A stretch of DNA of 64,000 bases from an uncultured Bacilli bacterium (GTDB lineage: Bacteria; Bacillota_I; Bacilli_A; RF39; UBA660): the NCBI GenBank assembly GCA_934101645.1, contig CAKORX010000001.1, positions 81,051 through 145,050 on the forward strand. Direction: 5' to 3'. Numbering within the stretch: position 1 is the stretch's first letter; each line of letters opens with the position of its first letter. This document shows positions 60,858-64,000 of the stretch, one piece after another. The position numbers were made by a program, and so were the translations under genes. The notes beneath the pieces were generated by a model. It did no database searches, was not told the DNA's origin, and saw nothing but the letters and a program-made list of their open reading frames with translations.

Positions 60858-61587
60858 TTATATCACTTGCCTTATTAAATCCCTCATTTTCAATATTTTC
60901 CGCTAAATGATAATCTCCAGTTTTAGTAATCTTCCCATCAGATAAAATATGAACATAATTTGGTTTAATATATTGCAAAATATTTTTATGATGTGTAATA
61001 AGTAAAATACTCGGTTTATTCTCATGATAATATTCATTAATAAAGTCAGCTACAACTTTTAATGCATCAACATCTAGTCCAGAATCAAGTTCATCTAAAA
61101 TAATAAAACTTGGTTTTAATACGCCTAAATGTAATAACTCGATCTTCTTTCTTTCTCCACCTGAAGCTCCAACATTTATATCTTTATGAATAAAGCTTTT
61201 ATCTAATTTAAGTTTTTCACAAATTTCTTCCATTTGTTTATTAAATTTAAAAATATCAATATTTTGGTTTTCTCTTTCTCTTAAAGCACTTCGTAAAGCT
61301 TCTGCATTGGTAACTCCCTCAATTTCCGGAGGATTTTGGCCTATTAACATAACACCATTCTTAGCAATATCATATGTATCAAGCTTAGTTAGTTCAACAC
61401 CATTATATACAATACTGCCACTTACCTTGTAGTTTGGGTAACCCATGATTATCTTACATAAGGTACTTTTTCCTATTCCATTTTTTCCCATAATCGCATG
61501 GATTTCTCCATCATTTATTGTCATTGAAAAATCATCAAGAATTTTTCTATCATCTATATAAGCATTTAAATTACTAATTTTAAACAT
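60850..61587 (-). CDS. sufC: Fe-S cluster assembly ATPase SufC
   Basis: ABC ATPase with Walker A GKNGIGKST and an LSGGE-like signature (ASGGERKK). The likely start is ATG at 61587 with a GGAGGAA RBS. The ORF is open further upstream. Confidence 0.85.
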   Translation of the reverse strand: MFKISNLNAYIDDRKILDDFSMTINDGEIHAIMGKNGIGKSTLCKIIMGYPNYKVSGSIVYNGVELTKLDTYDIAKNGVMLIGQNPPEIEGVTNAEALRSALRERENQNIDIFKFNKQMEEICEKLKLDKSFIHKDINVGASGGERKKIELLHLGVLKPSFIILDELDSGLDVDALKVVADFINEYYHENKPSILLITHHKNILQYIKPNYVHILSDGKITKTGDYHLAENIENEGFNKASDISE

Positions 61588-61694
61588 ATTTCCTCCACAC
61601 ATATTGTAAAACATTTTTCTTATAAATAAAAGCAAAAGTTTTCTTAAAATATGCCTTTATATTTTACTAAAATTATAATATAATTTATTTAGGG

Positions 61695-62090
61695 ATGTTT
61701 ATGAATAGAATTTTTGATCCAATTGATATAGTTTTTATTGTACTAATTTCTGCATATTTAGTTGTACTTGTTTTAATTGTACTTATTTTATGGCATCAAA
61801 AAGAAAAAAGAATGGCTTTAGAAAAGAAATCATTAAATATTGAAAATAAAGTAGTTAATAAAACAAAGACTTCTAAAGAATCTAACAAAACAAATAAAAA
61901 AGATAATACTAAAATTAGCAAAAATAACATCGCTAAGAATAAAAATGTTACAAATAATAAGAAAAAGAAAAATAAGAAAAAGAATGACAATAATGTCGTA
62001 AGATATAAAGGTAAAGGACCTACAAAGAAGAAGAATACTTCAAGGAAAAGAAAGCCGAAAACAAATGGTAAGAATAAAAAGAGGAAATAA
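61695..62090 (+). CDS. Small membrane-anchored protein with an extremely Lys/Asn-rich basic tail
   Basis: 131-aa ORF with an N-terminal TM (IVFIVLISAYLVVLVLIVLILW) and a tail over 50% K/N/R. It may be a chance ORF in AT-rich DNA, but it is open for 393 nt. Confidence 0.4.
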   Translation: MFMNRIFDPIDIVFIVLISAYLVVLVLIVLILWHQKEKRMALEKKSLNIENKVVNKTKTSKESNKTNKKDNTKISKNNIAKNKNVTNNKKKKNKKKNDNNVVRYKGKGPTKKKNTSRKRKPKTNGKNKKRK

Positions 62091-62093
62091 TTC

Positions 62094-62348
62094 ATGGAAA
62101 ATGAGAAAATATTTGAATTGGTCGATGACAATAATAATAAAAAAGAATATCGCATTTTAGCAGATTTTAATATTGATGATGTTTTTTATTTAATTTATAC
62201 TGATGACAGTATTAATAATGATGGTGAAATAGAAACATATGCTAATGAATACGAAGTAATAAAAGGAAAAATAATTTTAAAGGAAATTAATAAAGAAAAA
62301 TTGCCTTTAGTGTATAAAAAGTGGGATGAACTATGTCAAGAAGCATAA
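62094..62348 (+). CDS. Small acidic protein, DUF1292-like
   Basis: 84 aa. The pattern ...EYRILADFNIDDVFYLIYTDD...EIE... is typical of Firmicute DUF1292 proteins. It overlaps the next gene by 16 nt. Confidence 0.45.
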   Translation: MENEKIFELVDDNNNKKEYRILADFNIDDVFYLIYTDDSINNDGEIETYANEYEVIKGKIILKEINKEKLPLVYKKWDELCQEA

Positions 62349-63526
62349 TAATTAAATTGGATAATACTGGTGCTTTATCTGATGCATATTATCTACATGG
62401 AAATCAAACTGATAGTTTAAATAATTATCTAATTAGGGTTAATCGTATTTTAAATGAATTTGAAAATGTTAAACATAAAAAAATCAGTTACAATGAAATT
62501 GAAATTACAGATAGCGCTGTTATTAAAAAACTTTTAAATAGACTTCCAAATAATAGCGTTAGTAAGGATAACGCTGGAAAAAAAGTAATTGCTAGTGTTA
62601 TGGTAGTTGCAACAATGCTCGGAGCATCAAGAATGATTAAAAATACTATCAAAAATAATGATAAAGCTGATGACCTATCTAAAAAAGTTACAACTGAAAG
62701 TACAATAAATTTAGAAGATAATAAAATTCAAGATAGTTTTGATAATGAGAAAAAACCAGTCACATTAGAAAATGACGCTACTTCTTATTCTATAGGAAAA
62801 TTAGAAACACCAAAACAAGATGGTACATCATATTTTGTAGAAAGTACTGAAGAAGAAAAAGAACCCACTATAATAATTGAAACGCCTTACACATTTGATG
62901 AAGATATACCTGTATATGAATTTAATTACGAGGATCGTTCGAATAGTGAAAAAAGTAATTTTGCTAAAGAAAATTATAACGATATTGTAAATAAGTACTC
63001 TACTATGTATGGACTCGATAGTAAACTTGTTCTAGCTATGCTTACGCAAGAAAATGCTTATAATGAAGTTAATTATTCAAACGTTGGTGCAAATGGAGTT
63101 ATGCAAATAGAATCAATTTGGTATGGTCAAAATATTTGTGCATATAATTATGAAAGTAATTCTTATGAAACTGTAACTATAGAAAAAGATAAATTAACTA
63201 ATCCAGAATATTCAATTAAAATTGGTTGCATGATTTTAAATAACTATTATACTAGTTTATATAATAACTATGTTACTACTGGGGTTATTTCAAAAAGTGA
63301 TTCTATCTTAGCTACTATTATTGCATACAATAAAGGCATTACTGCTATTTGCAATTTAATCAATACCTACGGTTCTGATTTTACTTCTCACATTTCCGAA
63401 ACAAGAGGTGGAGACAATGATTATATAAATCATGTTTCAAGTTACATGGAAGATATGTCTCTTGTAGAATTACAAAATAAAGATGACTCTACTTCTCAAC
63501 TTGTATTTGATAATTTAAGCAGATAA
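62333..63526 (+). CDS. Membrane-anchored lytic transglycosylase (SLT domain)
   Basis: TM KVIASVMVVATMLGA. SLT motif GANGVMQIES and an AYNKG motif. Confidence 0.65.
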   Translation: MSRSIIIKLDNTGALSDAYYLHGNQTDSLNNYLIRVNRILNEFENVKHKKISYNEIEITDSAVIKKLLNRLPNNSVSKDNAGKKVIASVMVVATMLGASRMIKNTIKNNDKADDLSKKVTTESTINLEDNKIQDSFDNEKKPVTLENDATSYSIGKLETPKQDGTSYFVESTEEEKEPTIIIETPYTFDEDIPVYEFNYEDRSNSEKSNFAKENYNDIVNKYSTMYGLDSKLVLAMLTQENAYNEVNYSNVGANGVMQIESIWYGQNICAYNYESNSYETVTIEKDKLTNPEYSIKIGCMILNNYYTSLYNNYVTTGVISKSDSILATIIAYNKGITAICNLINTYGSDFTSHISETRGGDNDYINHVSSYMEDMSLVELQNKDDSTSQLVFDNLSR

Positions 63527-63560
63527 AAAGGCTCATATCTTAATTGATATGAACCTTTTT

Positions 63561-64000
63561 TTAATCATCTAAAGACGCTGCACCATTAATATAGAAATTT
63601 ATTGAACTAATATTTCTTAACAAAGTTCCAGCATTTACATCTTGATGAGCGATTAAATCTATACCTACTTCCTCATTATAAAACCCACTGTGATTATCTA
63701 TATATGTAAATTTACAATTTATATCATTTTGATTACAATAGTCTCTCGCATCATCCTTACTTTTCCCAATAAAATTTGGTAGTGTACTATTCGTTGCTCC
63801 ACTTCTTAAGCCTTTTCCTGCTATATAAGGCTCATAAGTATCATTGATTGAGTAACTAAATGTTTTTTCTATAGTAGGATTTTCTTTACCCAAATTTATA
63901 TTCATTACTTTAATGATGTCCTGTAAACTTGAATCATAATATCCAAGTGCTGAGGATACTCTGCCTGATGAAATATATACATTTAAATTATAAACCTCTA
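63561..64000 (-). CDS. C-terminal fragment of a protein ending in a PASTA domain. Its 5' end lies beyond the window.
   Basis: The ORF is open to the window end on the minus strand. The C-terminal LPNFIGKSKDDARDYCNQNDINCKFTYIDN...IDLIAHQDVNAG fits the PASTA pattern. Confidence 0.5.
   Translation of the reverse strand, partial: EVYNLNVYISSGRVSSALGYYDSSLQDIIKVMNINLGKENPTIEKTFSYSINDTYEPYIAGKGLRSGATNSTLPNFIGKSKDDARDYCNQNDINCKFTYIDNHSGFYNEEVGIDLIAHQDVNAGTLLRNISSINFYINGAASLDD

Noticed and set aside
61796-62155. 119-aa minus-strand ORF
   Set aside because: It is antisense to the Lys-rich ORF, Phe/Leu-rich from a poly-A/T template, and is a shadow ORF.
1-64000. CRISPR arrays, rRNA or tRNA genes, and prophage structural genes
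   Set aside because: No regularly spaced short repeats, no tRNA-like or rRNA-like conserved stretches, and no capsid, terminase or tail genes were recognised. The only mobile-element-like gene is the lone tyrosine recombinase.

Overview
This is a low-GC (roughly 28-30% GC) Firmicute chromosomal segment read in the standard genetic code: long ORFs contain no in-frame TGA and Trp is TGG, so it is not a Mollicute. By gene content it resembles a Clostridia- or Erysipelotrichia-like gut anaerobe. Housekeeping genes (uvrB, a VanY-like M15 peptidase, a Zn-peptidase with cysS, gltX, trxB and lgt, uvrA, valS with a T-box leader, and sufC-sufD-sufS-sufU) are interleaved with three accessory cell-surface modules. 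(1) A locus flanked by two class-B sortases encodes a vWA adhesin with near-identical tandem repeats and two tandem 536-aa secreted paralogs. The paralogs have identical 3' halves that carry a ~150-bp GC-rich patch with foreign codon usage. (2) A ~12.5-kb Tad/Flp-type (type IVc) pilus-like operon directly upstream of uvrA has unusual accessories: a membrane protein with a C39-like cysteine peptidase domain, a 1261-aa Cys-rich secreted protein, Cys-rich Flp-like pilins and two paralogous small 2-TM proteins. No prepilin peptidase is seen. (3) A three-gene operon encodes a dockerin-bearing SH3b/GH73-like wall hydrolase, a membrane-anchored cohesin-like/cadherin-like protein and an RsgI-like anti-sigma factor, with no sigI gene in the window. 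The window also holds an orphan Tn916-family-type tyrosine recombinase with two unknown genes next to valS, a CIRCE-like element upstream of an Hsp20 gene, a three-gene block of overlapping unknown genes sharing a helical module, and several clear bidirectional intrinsic terminators. No CRISPR array, rRNA or tRNA gene was found.
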